Of a stretch of DNA of 64,000 nucleotides, positions 43,061-53,335 are shown piece after piece. The translations under genes were made by a program, and so were the position numbers. The DNA lies in contig CAVUUW010000005.1 of assembly GCA_963744895.1 (NCBI GenBank), forward strand, positions 1,292,580 through 1,356,579. The letters run 5' to 3'. The stretch's first letter is position 1. Each line of letters starts with the position of its first letter. The stretch comes from an uncultured Gammaproteobacteria bacterium. GTDB lineage: Bacteria; Pseudomonadota; Gammaproteobacteria; Pseudomonadales; Moraxellaceae. A model generated the notes under the pieces. The model did no database searches. It saw nothing but the letters and a program-made list of their open reading frames with translations, and was not told the DNA's origin.

Positions 43061-43188
43061 TTTTAAAAATATTTTAAATACAAGCGGATTGGTTGCTACT
43101 GACAGTTGGCAGTTTCTAATCCCCATCATAATGATAAAGATGACTGTTAAATGGTCAGGTCATTATGCAAACAAGATAAGGATATCTT

Positions 43189-44673
43189 ATGCACCACGTT
43201 CAGCAACTCATCAACGGTCAATTTACTAAGTCAAATACTAACGAATGGATTGACATTACCGATCCTGCTACCCAAGAAGTCATCGCCAAAGTGCCGCAAA
43301 CTACGGACGATGAGATTAACCAAGCAGTGGCGGCTGCAAAAACCGCGTTTGAAACCTGGCGTAAAACACCCATCACCACGCGTGCTCGAATCTTCTTAAC
43401 TTATCAGGCGCTCATTCGTGAGCATATGGATGAGCTGGCAGAGATTTTGACCGCGGAGCAAGGTAAAACGATTGCTGATGCGCGTGGCGATGTATTCCGT
43501 GGTTTAGAAGTGGTAGAGCATGCCGCTGGTATTGCTAATTTGCAAATCGGCGACTTTGTAGAAAACGTCGCATCTGGTGTGGATACTTATAGCATTTGGC
43601 AGCCGCTAGGTGTTTGTGCGGGTATCACACCATTTAACTTTCCCGCGATGATTCCACTATGGATGTTCCCGATGGCAATTGCCACGGGCAATACTTTTAT
43701 CCTTAAACCATCTGAGCAAGATCCAATGGTAACCATGCGTTTGGTGGAGCTAGCGATCGAAGCAGGCGTGCCTGAAGGTGTTCTCAACGTGGTCCATGGC
43801 GGTAAAGCGACGGTCGACGCCATCTGTGATCATCCAGACATCAAAGCCGTCTCTTTTGTAGGTTCTACCAGCGTTGGTCAGCACGTCTATGAACGCGCGA
43901 GCAAATCAGGTAAGCGTGCCCAATGTATGATGGGTGCCAAAAACCATGGTGTGATTTTACCCGATGCCAATAAAGAACAGACTCTCAACCAGTTAGCAGG
44001 GGCAGCCTTCGGGGCAGCTGGCCAACGTTGTATGGCATTGTCAGTCGTGGTACTGGTCGGCGCAGCAGGCGAATGGATCGATGACATTAAAGCCAAAGCA
44101 GAAGCGTTGATTGTATCAGCTGGCAAGAATGATAAAGACTTAGGCCCACTGATTTCTCCAGCGGCTAAAGCACGTGTCGAGCATTTGATTGGGACTGGGG
44201 TAGAGGAAGGCGCAAGCTTGATACTTGATGGCCGCGGCATCACGGTTGAAGGATTTGAAAAAGGCAACTTCGTTGGACCGACTATCTTCGATAACGTCAC
44301 AAGTGATATGCAAATTTATCAGCAAGAAATCTTCGGACCAGTATTGTGCATCATGCGTGCTGATAGCTTAGATGAAGCGATTGCACTGCTTAATGCCAAT
44401 CCACACGGCAATGGTACCGCGATATTTACCCAGTCAGGGGCAGCGGCGCATAAATTCCAACAAGATATTCAAGTCGGACAAATCGGTATTAACTTACCTA
44501 TTCCTGTGCCGCTACCGATGTTCTCCTTCTCAGGTTCGCGCGCTAGTAAACTTGGTGATCTTGGTCCTTATGGCAAGCAAGCGGTGCAGTTTTATACACA
44601 AACAAAAACCGTCACGGCACGTTGGTTTGACGATGAGGCGAGCCGCGGTGTCAATACGACGATTTCAATTTAA
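43189..44673 (+). CDS. mmsA: CoA-acylating methylmalonate-semialdehyde dehydrogenase
   Basis: [30 protein letters not shown] and EIFGPV motifs. Confidence 0.95.
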   Translation: MHHVQQLINGQFTKSNTNEWIDITDPATQEVIAKVPQTTDDEINQAVAAAKTAFETWRKTPITTRARIFLTYQALIREHMDELAEILTAEQGKTIADARGDVFRGLEVVEHAAGIANLQIGDFVENVASGVDTYSIWQPLGVCAGITPFNFPAMIPLWMFPMAIATGNTFILKPSEQDPMVTMRLVELAIEAGVPEGVLNVVHGGKATVDAICDHPDIKAVSFVGSTSVGQHVYERASKSGKRAQCMMGAKNHGVILPDANKEQTLNQLAGAAFGAAGQRCMALSVVVLVGAAGEWIDDIKAKAEALIVSAGKNDKDLGPLISPAAKARVEHLIGTGVEEGASLILDGRGITVEGFEKGNFVGPTIFDNVTSDMQIYQQEIFGPVLCIMRADSLDEAIALLNANPHGNGTAIFTQSGAAAHKFQQDIQVGQIGINLPIPVPLPMFSFSGSRASKLGDLGPYGKQAVQFYTQTKTVTARWFDDEASRGVNTTISI

Positions 44674-44891
44674 TCGTCAGTGCATTGCATTTTTGGCATA
44701 ACTTTTTTATTCACGGTATGACGCTGATACTACTTGCGGTACTATTGAGCGCAACTTTATTATCGTTATACCGCTATCATGTCGCGCTAATGTTTTATAA
44801 AATCTCTGACTGACACTTTTAATAAAGTCTTTATTAAAGCCTCTCTGAGTTTTAAGCTTTCTATTTGATCTATAAGAACAAGGATGACCCT

Positions 44892-46052
44892 ATGGATTTT
44901 TCATTGACCGATGACCAAGTCGCCTTTCGCCAAACGGCCCGTCAGTTTGCACAAAAAGAGCTCAGACCCAATGCTGCTGAGTGGGATCGTAACGCTCATT
45001 TTCCAGTGGACATCATCAAAAAGTCTGGTGAGCTTGGTTTTTTAGGACTATATGCCAATCCAGAATACGATGGTTTGGGCTTGCCGAGGCTTGACTCAGC
45101 AATGGTATTCGAAGAGCTGGCATGGGGTGATACGTCCGTGGCGGCTTACATGAGCATTCATAATATGACAGCGTGGATGATTGGCGAATATGGTAGCGAT
45201 AGCTTATGCAAAAAATATCTACCCAATATGGTGAGCGGTGAGTGGCTTGGTAGTTATTGCTTAACAGAGCCAAATGCAGGGTCTGATGCGGCCTCACTTC
45301 GTACCAAAGCCGAAAAGCAGGGCGATCATTACGTACTGAATGGCGAAAAAACTTTTATCTCTGGCGCAGGCTCAACCGACGTATTGGTAGTCATGGCGCG
45401 TACTGGTGGTGCTGGGCCAAAAGGCGTGTCTGCGTTTGTTGTAGATGCCACTAGTGCTGGCATCGAATATGGCAAAAACGAGCACAAAATGGGCTGGAAA
45501 GCGCAGCCGACACGAACCATTAGTTTTAAAGATGTAAAAGTACCCGTAGAAAACCTGATAGGCGAGGAAGGTCAAGGCTTTCGTATTGCTATGAAAGGGT
45601 TGGATGGTGGGCGCATTAATATCGGAATTTGTGCGGTCGGTACCGCGCAGTCAGCGTTAGAGACGGCAACCAATTATGTGCAAGAACGCAGCCAATTTGG
45701 CAGTCCAATTGCCAGCTTACAGTCCGTGCAATTTAAGCTTGCTGATATGTTGACTCAGACTATCGCTGCACGGCAAATGCTCTACCTTGCGGCGAGTAAA
45801 GTAGATAGCAACGATGGGCAAGCGTCTACCTACTGCGCAATGGCAAAGCGTCTCTCCACCGATCTTTGTTTCGATGTTGCCAATGAAGCCCTGCAGTTAC
45901 ATGGCGGTTATGGGTATCTAAACGAATATCCACTTGAGCGACACGTACGAGATTTGCGTGTCCATCAAGTCCTAGAAGGCACCAATGAAATCATGCGAGT
46001 AATTATTTCGCGTCAGGTTTTGCAAGATGAAGGGTTAAGTCAACTGCGCTAA
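44892..46052 (+). CDS. Acyl-CoA dehydrogenase (isobutyryl-CoA dehydrogenase-like)
   Basis: YCLTEPNAGSDA, GEKTFISGAG, GGRINIG, QLHGGYGY and LEGTNEIMR. Start ATG 44892. Confidence 0.92.
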   Translation: MDFSLTDDQVAFRQTARQFAQKELRPNAAEWDRNAHFPVDIIKKSGELGFLGLYANPEYDGLGLPRLDSAMVFEELAWGDTSVAAYMSIHNMTAWMIGEYGSDSLCKKYLPNMVSGEWLGSYCLTEPNAGSDAASLRTKAEKQGDHYVLNGEKTFISGAGSTDVLVVMARTGGAGPKGVSAFVVDATSAGIEYGKNEHKMGWKAQPTRTISFKDVKVPVENLIGEEGQGFRIAMKGLDGGRINIGICAVGTAQSALETATNYVQERSQFGSPIASLQSVQFKLADMLTQTIAARQMLYLAASKVDSNDGQASTYCAMAKRLSTDLCFDVANEALQLHGGYGYLNEYPLERHVRDLRVHQVLEGTNEIMRVIISRQVLQDEGLSQLR

Positions 46053-46084
46053 TTTATCTCGCTTTACTAAAACAAGGATGTTTT

Positions 46085-46867
46085 ATGATGGATTATACCA
46101 ATCTTAAACTATCGATTGATGGTCATACTGCCATCGTAACTTTGAATAACCCGCCTGCACATACATGGACGATGGACAGTCTACCAGCGCTCAAACAGCT
46201 CATTACCGATCTGAATGCAAAAGAGGATATTTACGCCTTAATCATTCATGGTGATGGTGAGAAGTTCTTTTCAGCGGGCGCAGATCTGAATAATTTTGCG
46301 GAAGGGGACAAAGGTCAAGCGATAAGTATGGCCATTGCGTTTGGTGAGGCTTTTGAAGCCTTGTCGGCCTATCGCGGTGTGAGTATTGCGGTTATCAATG
46401 GTTATGCAATGGGCGGCGGTCTAGAGTGCGCGCTGGCTTGTGATATTCGGATTGCGGAAGCACATGCTCAGATGGCATTACCAGAAACAGGTGTAGGATT
46501 GCTTCCGTGTGCAGGCGGCACACAAAATCTGCCTTGGCTCGTGGGTGAAGGTTGGGCGAAGCGGATGATACTATGCGGCGAGCGTATTGATGCACAGACG
46601 GCAGTGCGCATCGGCTTGGTTGAAGAAGTCACTGCTAAAGGTGAAGGTCTCGTCGCAGCACAAGCGCTGGCACAAAAGGTTGCTAAGCAATCGCCAGTGG
46701 CGGTGAGCGCTTCTAAAACCCTGATTCAAGCGGCAAGAAACACGCCGCCTGCGCAAAACCTAATCCACGAGCGTGAGGCCTTTGTTAAATTATTTGATAC
46801 CCAAGACCAGCGTGAAGGTGTGCAAGCGTTTTTAGCGAAACGTAAACCCAATTGGCAAAATAAATAA
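46085..46867 (+). CDS. Enoyl-CoA hydratase
   Basis: FFSAGADL, AMGGGLECAL and PETGVGLLPCAGG crotonase motifs. Confidence 0.92.
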   Translation: MMDYTNLKLSIDGHTAIVTLNNPPAHTWTMDSLPALKQLITDLNAKEDIYALIIHGDGEKFFSAGADLNNFAEGDKGQAISMAIAFGEAFEALSAYRGVSIAVINGYAMGGGLECALACDIRIAEAHAQMALPETGVGLLPCAGGTQNLPWLVGEGWAKRMILCGERIDAQTAVRIGLVEEVTAKGEGLVAAQALAQKVAKQSPVAVSASKTLIQAARNTPPAQNLIHEREAFVKLFDTQDQREGVQAFLAKRKPNWQNK

Positions 46868-46932
46868 TATCAGACTGGGCTAATATACGTTTTCTTTTGG
46901 TTTTTTAAGTGCTTTTGAAAGTGAGAATAGAT

Positions 46933-48195
46933 ATGACGGATACGACAACGACGAATGAAGTTAATAAGAAAGCAGCGCCAGAACAACAAGCGCCCGTATT
47001 GTTCGACACTGAATCAACAGAGTGTGGTCACCTAATTGGAATAATGACCTTAAATACGCCACGCTCCTTAAATGCTTTGAGTGTTGAGATGTGTCAATTA
47101 TTATCAGAGCAACTAGAGCAGTGGCAACATGACAACCAAGTAGTTGCTTTGATACTAAAGGGAGCAGGCGACAAGGCGTTTTGTGCAGGTGGTGATATCC
47201 GTAGACTATACGACAGCATGTCCACCAGTGCGCCACTACCGAATCCTTATGCTACTGAGTTTTTTAGTCATGAATATCGTCTTTATCGACAAATGCATTT
47301 TTATTCTAAGCCTTTAATACTGTGGGGTGATGGCATCATCATGGGCGGTGGTATGGGATTGATGGCAGGCTGTAGTCATCGTCTGGTCACCGAGCGCACG
47401 CGTTTTGCGATGCCCGAGATAACCATTGGTTTGTTCCCTGATGCCTCAGGCAGCTGGTTTTTGAAACGTATGCCAGCCAAGATGGGTTTGTTTTTAGGGT
47501 TAACTGGTGCGATGTGTAATGGCAATGATGCGCTATTAACCAATTTGGCAGAATATGCAGTGGCCAGTGCTGATTACGACGCCATTATTCAGCGCTTAAA
47601 ACAGAGTAGTTGGGAAACAGCAGCTGATGTAAATCATATAGATAAATATCACCAGCATAGTGCGTATAGTATTGTTAGCCGCGCACTTGCTGCGCAACCG
47701 ACAGTAGCATTACCGGATAGCAAACTGGCTGCCTATTGGCAACCTATCCAACAGCTGATGAACAGTGGCGGCTTGGCTGACATTGATTCGTTGCTACAAA
47801 GTGATGAGGCGCTCGCGCAATTAGATACAGACTTTGCTGAGGATAGCTGGGTACAGCGGGCGGTAGCAACGTACCGTCATGGTTGCCCAGTGACGATAGC
47901 TTTGACGTATGCGCTTTATCATAAAGTGACTGATTTATCGCTTGAGCAAGTGCTATTTCTAGAGACCAATGTCGCTGTACATTGTGCTGCCAAGCCAGAT
48001 TTCAAAGAAGGCGTGCGGGCGCTGCTGATTGATAAAGACAAAAATCCGCAATGGTCTCGCTCATTAGAAGATTGTTTGAGTACAGAAGGGCAGTCGTACA
48101 TTCAACAACACTTTAATAATCCTTACCCTACAGGTCAGCATCCATTAGAGGGTTGGTTGAGCGACAAAGCCCTAGGCAGTCAAATGGTAAGTTAA
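46933..48195 (+). CDS. 3-hydroxyisobutyryl-CoA hydrolase-like (crotonase family)
   Basis: AFCAGGDI, MGGGMGL, FAMPEITIG and DFKEGVRALLIDKDKNPQW; located in the valine cluster. Confidence 0.88.
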   Translation: MTDTTTTNEVNKKAAPEQQAPVLFDTESTECGHLIGIMTLNTPRSLNALSVEMCQLLSEQLEQWQHDNQVVALILKGAGDKAFCAGGDIRRLYDSMSTSAPLPNPYATEFFSHEYRLYRQMHFYSKPLILWGDGIIMGGGMGLMAGCSHRLVTERTRFAMPEITIGLFPDASGSWFLKRMPAKMGLFLGLTGAMCNGNDALLTNLAEYAVASADYDAIIQRLKQSSWETAADVNHIDKYHQHSAYSIVSRALAAQPTVALPDSKLAAYWQPIQQLMNSGGLADIDSLLQSDEALAQLDTDFAEDSWVQRAVATYRHGCPVTIALTYALYHKVTDLSLEQVLFLETNVAVHCAAKPDFKEGVRALLIDKDKNPQWSRSLEDCLSTEGQSYIQQHFNNPYPTGQHPLEGWLSDKALGSQMVS

Positions 48196-48272
48196 TGCTT
48201 TAATTTATTGTATTTATAAAAACAACAGATATATATAGCAACGGCTATACACAATCATCAAGGAGCGATGAG

Positions 48273-49232
48273 ATGGGTACACAAGATAGCAGCACAACAG
48301 ACCAACACGCTGTCCAGCCAAGCACAGCGTTACCCAATATCGCCTTTATTGGACTGGGCAATATGGGCGCGCCAATGGCGGAGAATTTACTAAAAGCAGG
48401 ATATGCTCTATCTGTTTATGACTTGTCTAACGCGGCGACTCAGCGCTTACAGCAAGCAGGAGCAAGCGTCGCGGATAGTCCCAAAGAAGCTACACAGAAT
48501 GCCGAGGTTGTTATCAGTATGCTGCCTGCTGGCAAGCATGTGCATTCTGTTTATTTGGGTGAAAATGGTTCTAATGGATTACTGGCAGAGTTGCCTAAAG
48601 GCACACTGATCATCGACAGCAGTACGATAGCAGCGGCTGATGCTATAACAGTGGCGAAAGCCGCGAGTGAGCTTGGTTTAGATTTCTTAGATGCGCCAGT
48701 GTCAGGCGGTACAGGCGGCGCAATCGCAGGCAGTTTGACATTTATTGTTGGTGGCAGTGATGATGCCTTTGCCAAAGCTCAACCTATACTGGCTTCGATG
48801 GGCAAAAATATTTTTCATGCAGGCGATCATGGCGCAGGACAAGTGGCAAAAATCTGCAATAATATGCTGCTAGGCATTCTAATGGCTGGAACGGCTGAGG
48901 CTATTAACTTAGGGGTTAAGAGTGGATTAGATCCTAAAGTATTATCAGATATTATGCTACAAAGCTCGGGACGCAACTGGACATTAGAAGTTTACAACCC
49001 TTATCCGCAAGTTATGGAAAATGTCCCTTCTAGCAATGGCTATCAAGGCGGGTTTATGAGTAAGCTTATGCAAAAAGATCTGCATTTGGCTTTACAAACC
49101 GCTCAGAATACCCATGTTGAAACGCCAATGGGTGCTAAAGCGACAGAGCTTTATGATGAGCATGCAATAGAAAATGGTGATAAAGATTTTTCAAGTATCA
49201 TGGGTCGCCATGATCATTCAGTACTGTTCTAA
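48273..49232 (+). CDS. mmsB: 3-hydroxyisobutyrate dehydrogenase
   Basis: FIGLGNMGAPMA, DAPVSGG, KICNNMLL and SSGRNW motifs. Confidence 0.94.
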   Translation: MGTQDSSTTDQHAVQPSTALPNIAFIGLGNMGAPMAENLLKAGYALSVYDLSNAATQRLQQAGASVADSPKEATQNAEVVISMLPAGKHVHSVYLGENGSNGLLAELPKGTLIIDSSTIAAADAITVAKAASELGLDFLDAPVSGGTGGAIAGSLTFIVGGSDDAFAKAQPILASMGKNIFHAGDHGAGQVAKICNNMLLGILMAGTAEAINLGVKSGLDPKVLSDIMLQSSGRNWTLEVYNPYPQVMENVPSSNGYQGGFMSKLMQKDLHLALQTAQNTHVETPMGAKATELYDEHAIENGDKDFSSIMGRHDHSVLF

Positions 49233-49378
49233 GTTTTTAGCCAGTTTATTGAGTAAGATCTATTTGATAAAAGACGGTCGCTTTTTATCATTGTGAAAAG
49301 TATAAGAAGGCAAAAATGAAAAAAAGGTCTACACAGTGTATAAGTGCAGACCTTTTTGCATTTTTTGTATGGTTATTT

Positions 49379-50137
49379 TTAGCTTTGTAAATCGTATACA
49401 AGGGCTTGGATATCTTGGGCAGCTTTTTGCAAACGTGGTACATGAACCAATAACTCCTCCAGCGATACTCGGATGGTAGGAGCATGAATATAGAGTGAAG
49501 CCAAGTAGCGTGACTTTTTGTCTAATATAGGAACAGCAACCGCCACCATTTCTGAGATGAATTCCTCATTATCTATACCAATGCCAGTCTTAGCGATGCG
49601 ATCAAGCTCTGCATTCAATGCATCAATATCGGTAATCGTGTTTTTGGTAAACTTATCGAGTGGTAAGCCTTGTAGAATTTTATTGCGACTGGTGACAGAT
49701 AACTGGCTAAGATATAGCTTGCCTGTCGCTGTACACCACATTGGAGATTTTGCCCCTACTGGTAGATAAATTTGTATGGGTAGCGTCGTTTGCGCTCGGT
49801 TGGTATAAATCATATTCATATGATGAGGAACGCCAATACCGCAAGTCTCTTCCACCTCATCGACTAACTTCTGCAAAATCATTTGTCGCTCATTAAAGAA
49901 CAGCCGCTGTTGCCAAAGCTCCACACTCAGATTACGCACCCGTTTGCCAGGGACAATGCCACCACCAATATCGACCGTCAAGAACCCTTCATCAACCAAA
50001 TTCTGAATCAGTCTGTGAATGGTTGGCTTAGGGATATCTAGATTTTGCGATAGCTCAAGTGGAGAGAGGGGTTGAGAAGCGTATGATACGGCTTCTATGA
50101 TCTCTAGCACACGGGTAATCGACGAGACTTTAGGCAT
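49379..50137 (-). CDS. IclR-family transcriptional regulator
   Basis: N-terminal HTH (LDIPKPTIHRLI), CTATGKLYL and EEFISEMVAVAVPI. Start moved to ATG 50137. Confidence 0.92.
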   Translation of the reverse strand: MPKVSSITRVLEIIEAVSYASQPLSPLELSQNLDIPKPTIHRLIQNLVDEGFLTVDIGGGIVPGKRVRNLSVELWQQRLFFNERQMILQKLVDEVEETCGIGVPHHMNMIYTNRAQTTLPIQIYLPVGAKSPMWCTATGKLYLSQLSVTSRNKILQGLPLDKFTKNTITDIDALNAELDRIAKTGIGIDNEEFISEMVAVAVPILDKKSRYLASLYIHAPTIRVSLEELLVHVPRLQKAAQDIQALVYDLQS

Positions 50138-50721
50138 AATGAGTGGCTCAACAGTAATAAAAAGAATAAAACAAAGGACAGTACAACGCTTTCGTAAACA
50201 AAACAAACAGTGATAAAGTTAATATTTTGATTCACATAAAATATTACTTTCAGTGCGTTATGTATACATATAGGTTAATTCTACTATATATCAACATCTA
50301 CTATACATACTGATGTCGGTAGAATTTTATACAACAGCAAGAATGGATACGTTAACTCACAAAATACAACAAACAGTATTATTATGATATATAACTCTCA
50401 CTGAGTTCACCAACAAAGTAGGTCATTATGATGACATATTTTGTAATACCCTCACATGAACATTAAGCACTAGATATTCATGTTTCTTCTTTTACGTTAC
50501 TTTAAGAGTGTTATGTAACAGAAAGTCGAAGTTTTACGGATTGGTGTAGTAATTATTACAATACCTATGCAATCTTTACACAACGGCAAATAAAAAGCGC
50601 GTCTTAAGGGGTGACTTTTTGGGCCAAAATTGTTTTAATCTGCTCAACAAAATGGTTGGTTTAAAAAAAGCTAAATAATCATTTTTATGGGCGATTTATT
50701 TCACACTTTAGGAGAGTACTT

Positions 50722-51609
50722 ATGAAACTTATTAAATTAACAGCTATTTCTGCTGCTGTTTTGGCATCAACTGCCGCTTTGGCTGCTGAACCTGTAGTTG
50801 TCGTTGATGGCAATGATGCTGTTGTTTATGAAGCACAACCTGTTGCAATGGGCTACGAAGCACAACCTGCTCCTTCTTACGCTTATAACGCTGACGCTGG
50901 CGTACTAAGCAACACTACTAGCGCACTTGTTGGTGGTACTAAGACTTTCTTCCAAACTGCTATTAACCCAGCATCTGTAAGTGCTGAAGTTGGTACTTTA
51001 GGTTATGGTGCTAACGTTGCTTGGTCAATGAACGAAAAAACCGAATTACAAGCTGGTTGGGCAGGTGGCGATGTTGCTGACCTATTCGGCGGTGACTTTG
51101 ATGCTAACGACATCAACTATGATGTTGACGCTGATTTCAGCAACCCATACCTAGGTGTTCAGTACCGTCCAGTTGCTAACTGGTTCACAATGGGCGCTGG
51201 TATTATCGTTCCTGATAACGATATCGATGTACGTGCAAATTCTAAAGGTCCAAATTTCAGAATTGATGATGTTGACTATGATGCGGGCCAAACTGGTACA
51301 TTGTCTGGTACCATCGAGCACCGTAACAAACTAGCTCCTTATGGTACTATTGGTTTCCGTCCTAACATCACTAACAACTTTGGTGTGTTCGGTGAGATCG
51401 GTGCAGCATACATGGGCAAAACTGATGCGACTGTTCGCTCAAGCAACCCAGACGCTCTAGTTACAGCTGTATCTGGCAATAGTGGTAATACTAATACTAC
51501 TACTGTTACAGGTCGCGATGTTGCTAAAGCTGCAGAGCAAGAGCTAGAAGATAAAGATTACCTAGAGTGGTTCCCAATTGTTAAAGTTGGTGCAACTTAC
51601 CGTTTCTAA
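50722..51609 (+). CDS. carO: CarO-like outer membrane beta-barrel porin
   Basis: Signal peptide, AEVGTLGYG, APYGTIGF, FGVFGEIGA and terminal KVGATYRF match my recall of Acinetobacter CarO. Strong AGGAG RBS and highly biased codons. Confidence 0.8.
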   Translation: MKLIKLTAISAAVLASTAALAAEPVVVVDGNDAVVYEAQPVAMGYEAQPAPSYAYNADAGVLSNTTSALVGGTKTFFQTAINPASVSAEVGTLGYGANVAWSMNEKTELQAGWAGGDVADLFGGDFDANDINYDVDADFSNPYLGVQYRPVANWFTMGAGIIVPDNDIDVRANSKGPNFRIDDVDYDAGQTGTLSGTIEHRNKLAPYGTIGFRPNITNNFGVFGEIGAAYMGKTDATVRSSNPDALVTAVSGNSGNTNTTTVTGRDVAKAAEQELEDKDYLEWFPIVKVGATYRF

Positions 51610-51653
51610 TCTAATTACAGTTTAAATACTGTTGTTAGAACAGATGCAAGTAT

Positions 51654-51685
51654 AAAAAACGACCTTTTTTAGGGTCGTTTTTTTT
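51654..51685. terminator. Bidirectional terminator
   Basis: AAAAAACGACC-TTTTTTAG-GGTCGTTTTTTTT. Confidence 0.85.
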
Positions 51686-51745
51686 GGTCAAAATAAAGCA
51701 ATTATTTAGTTCTTTAGGTTTGATAACAGGAGAGATAATAAGTCT

Positions 51746-52528
51746 TCAGGAAACAACGACAGTTTGTTGAGTAAACAGGACAGTTATACGATAAGAGGAC
51801 TGAGAGTCAGATATTATGATGGAGTCAGCTTGTTTATTTATACTACTAATCAATTCTGCAATAATATAAGCATAACTGATACCCAAGCCTTCAGCCAACT
51901 TATATTGGTATATTTTGATAAAACTTTCTTTTATCTGCCACAATAATTTGGCAATAATATCGCGTTGAGTAATGGGCAATAGTTGTATTGCTGTTATTTC
52001 ATCGTTTGAGTAAAACCGTCGAGCCACTTTCCATGCAATGTTATTATTTTCTATATCGATACCTGCAGGACGGTGACGACTAATAACAACGGCAACATTA
52101 CTGCCTGCTGGCTTGTCAATCGTCTGACCAGCGATGTCAATAATGGCATTCTTGTTGTGGGTACTTGTATGACTAAAGCATACATAGTATTGACTGTTGA
52201 TAAGACGATAGGGGAAGTGTGATTCATTTAACGTATCACTGATTTTTAGTTCGCTAAGCAAGTGTTGTAATAATAACCGAACGCCTCGACGCTGTAATTG
52301 GCGCTGATTATGAGCTCTCTCGCGCATGGATAAAGTGATGCTAGAACCACAGTAATGCCAATTAAACTCATGCAATTTTATGGGTGATTGAAAACAAGCC
52401 AATGTCCATAACCATTCCTTTTTAAGTTCCTCAAGGTTTGGGAAAATCGGCTCACTGACTTGTGCCGTAGCGCACCATGTCGTAGGGTCAAGTTGAGCAC
52501 ATTGGATGTGATTTAAAGTTGGCGTCAT
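51746..52528 (-). CDS. 4'-phosphopantetheinyl transferase superfamily protein
   Basis: VCFSH, AGIDIE and WQIKESFIK match the PPTase GxDIE and WxxKE motifs. Confidence 0.8.
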   Translation of the reverse strand: MTPTLNHIQCAQLDPTTWCATAQVSEPIFPNLEELKKEWLWTLACFQSPIKLHEFNWHYCGSSITLSMRERAHNQRQLQRRGVRLLLQHLLSELKISDTLNESHFPYRLINSQYYVCFSHTSTHNKNAIIDIAGQTIDKPAGSNVAVVISRHRPAGIDIENNNIAWKVARRFYSNDEITAIQLLPITQRDIIAKLLWQIKESFIKIYQYKLAEGLGISYAYIIAELISSINKQADSIIISDSQSSYRITVLFTQQTVVVS

Positions 52529-52584
52529 TGATAGTTGCGCATCGTTGATGGGATCGATTAGTATTGGTTATCTTAGTAAAATAT

Positions 52585-52620
52585 AAAAAGCCCAGCAATA
52601 TAATATCGTTGGGCTTTTTT
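52585..52620 (-). terminator. Intrinsic terminator after pal
   Basis: AAAAAGCCCAGCAATA-loop-TATCGTTGGGCTTTTTT. Confidence 0.8.
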
Positions 52621-52665
52621 ATAAAGCAAATTAAGCTTGATTAACGGCGGTAAAACTTATCGATC

Positions 52666-53184
52666 TTAATACGACAATTCAGCGCGGCGGTTTTGTGCGT
52701 ACGCTTCTTCGGTGTTGCCGTTAGCCGCTGGACGCTCTTCACCATAGCTGATTACACGGACGTTATTTACAGCAACGCCTTGAGCGGCAAGGTAGTTACG
52801 TGCTGCTTGTGCACGGCGTTCACCTAACGCGATGTTATATTCACGACTACCGCGCTCATCGGTATGACCTGCGATGACAACACCAGCATTTGGGTTTGAG
52901 CTTAGTAAGCTTGCATGTTGGTTAAGAACATTGGCCGCTTGAGCAGTAATTTCACTACTATCAAAGGCAAAGTAGACAACCGCTTGCAAATTTTCAGCAC
53001 CAGAGATGACAGTGCTTGCGTTATCAACAACGACAGCGCCTGTGTATCCTACTTGGCCACCTGGAATACCCAGTGGAGCAACGACAACTTCAGAGGTAGA
53101 ACGCTTAGTAGCGCAACCTGTAGTTAGGGCAACAGCGCTTGATAGTACAGCAAGAACGGCGATCTTAGAAAAACTGGTTGACAT
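52666..53184 (-). CDS. pal: Peptidoglycan-associated lipoprotein (OmpA_C domain)
   Basis: Lipobox LTTGC, VYFAFDS, GHTDERGSREYNIALGERRA and AQNRRAEL. Confidence 0.92.
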   Translation of the reverse strand: MSTSFSKIAVLAVLSSAVALTTGCATKRSTSEVVVAPLGIPGGQVGYTGAVVVDNASTVISGAENLQAVVYFAFDSSEITAQAANVLNQHASLLSSNPNAGVVIAGHTDERGSREYNIALGERRAQAARNYLAAQGVAVNNVRVISYGEERPAANGNTEEAYAQNRRAELSY

Positions 53185-53335
53185 AATGAGCTCCTAAAAT
53201 TTTAATTAAATTTGTTTTTTTAAACTGCTTACGATAAAACTTAGGCAATTACTATTTATAATATACTAAATGTTACTTTATGTAAGTAGTATTACTGTAA
53301 ATTCTACTAGAACTTATAGAGAGACATTAATTATA

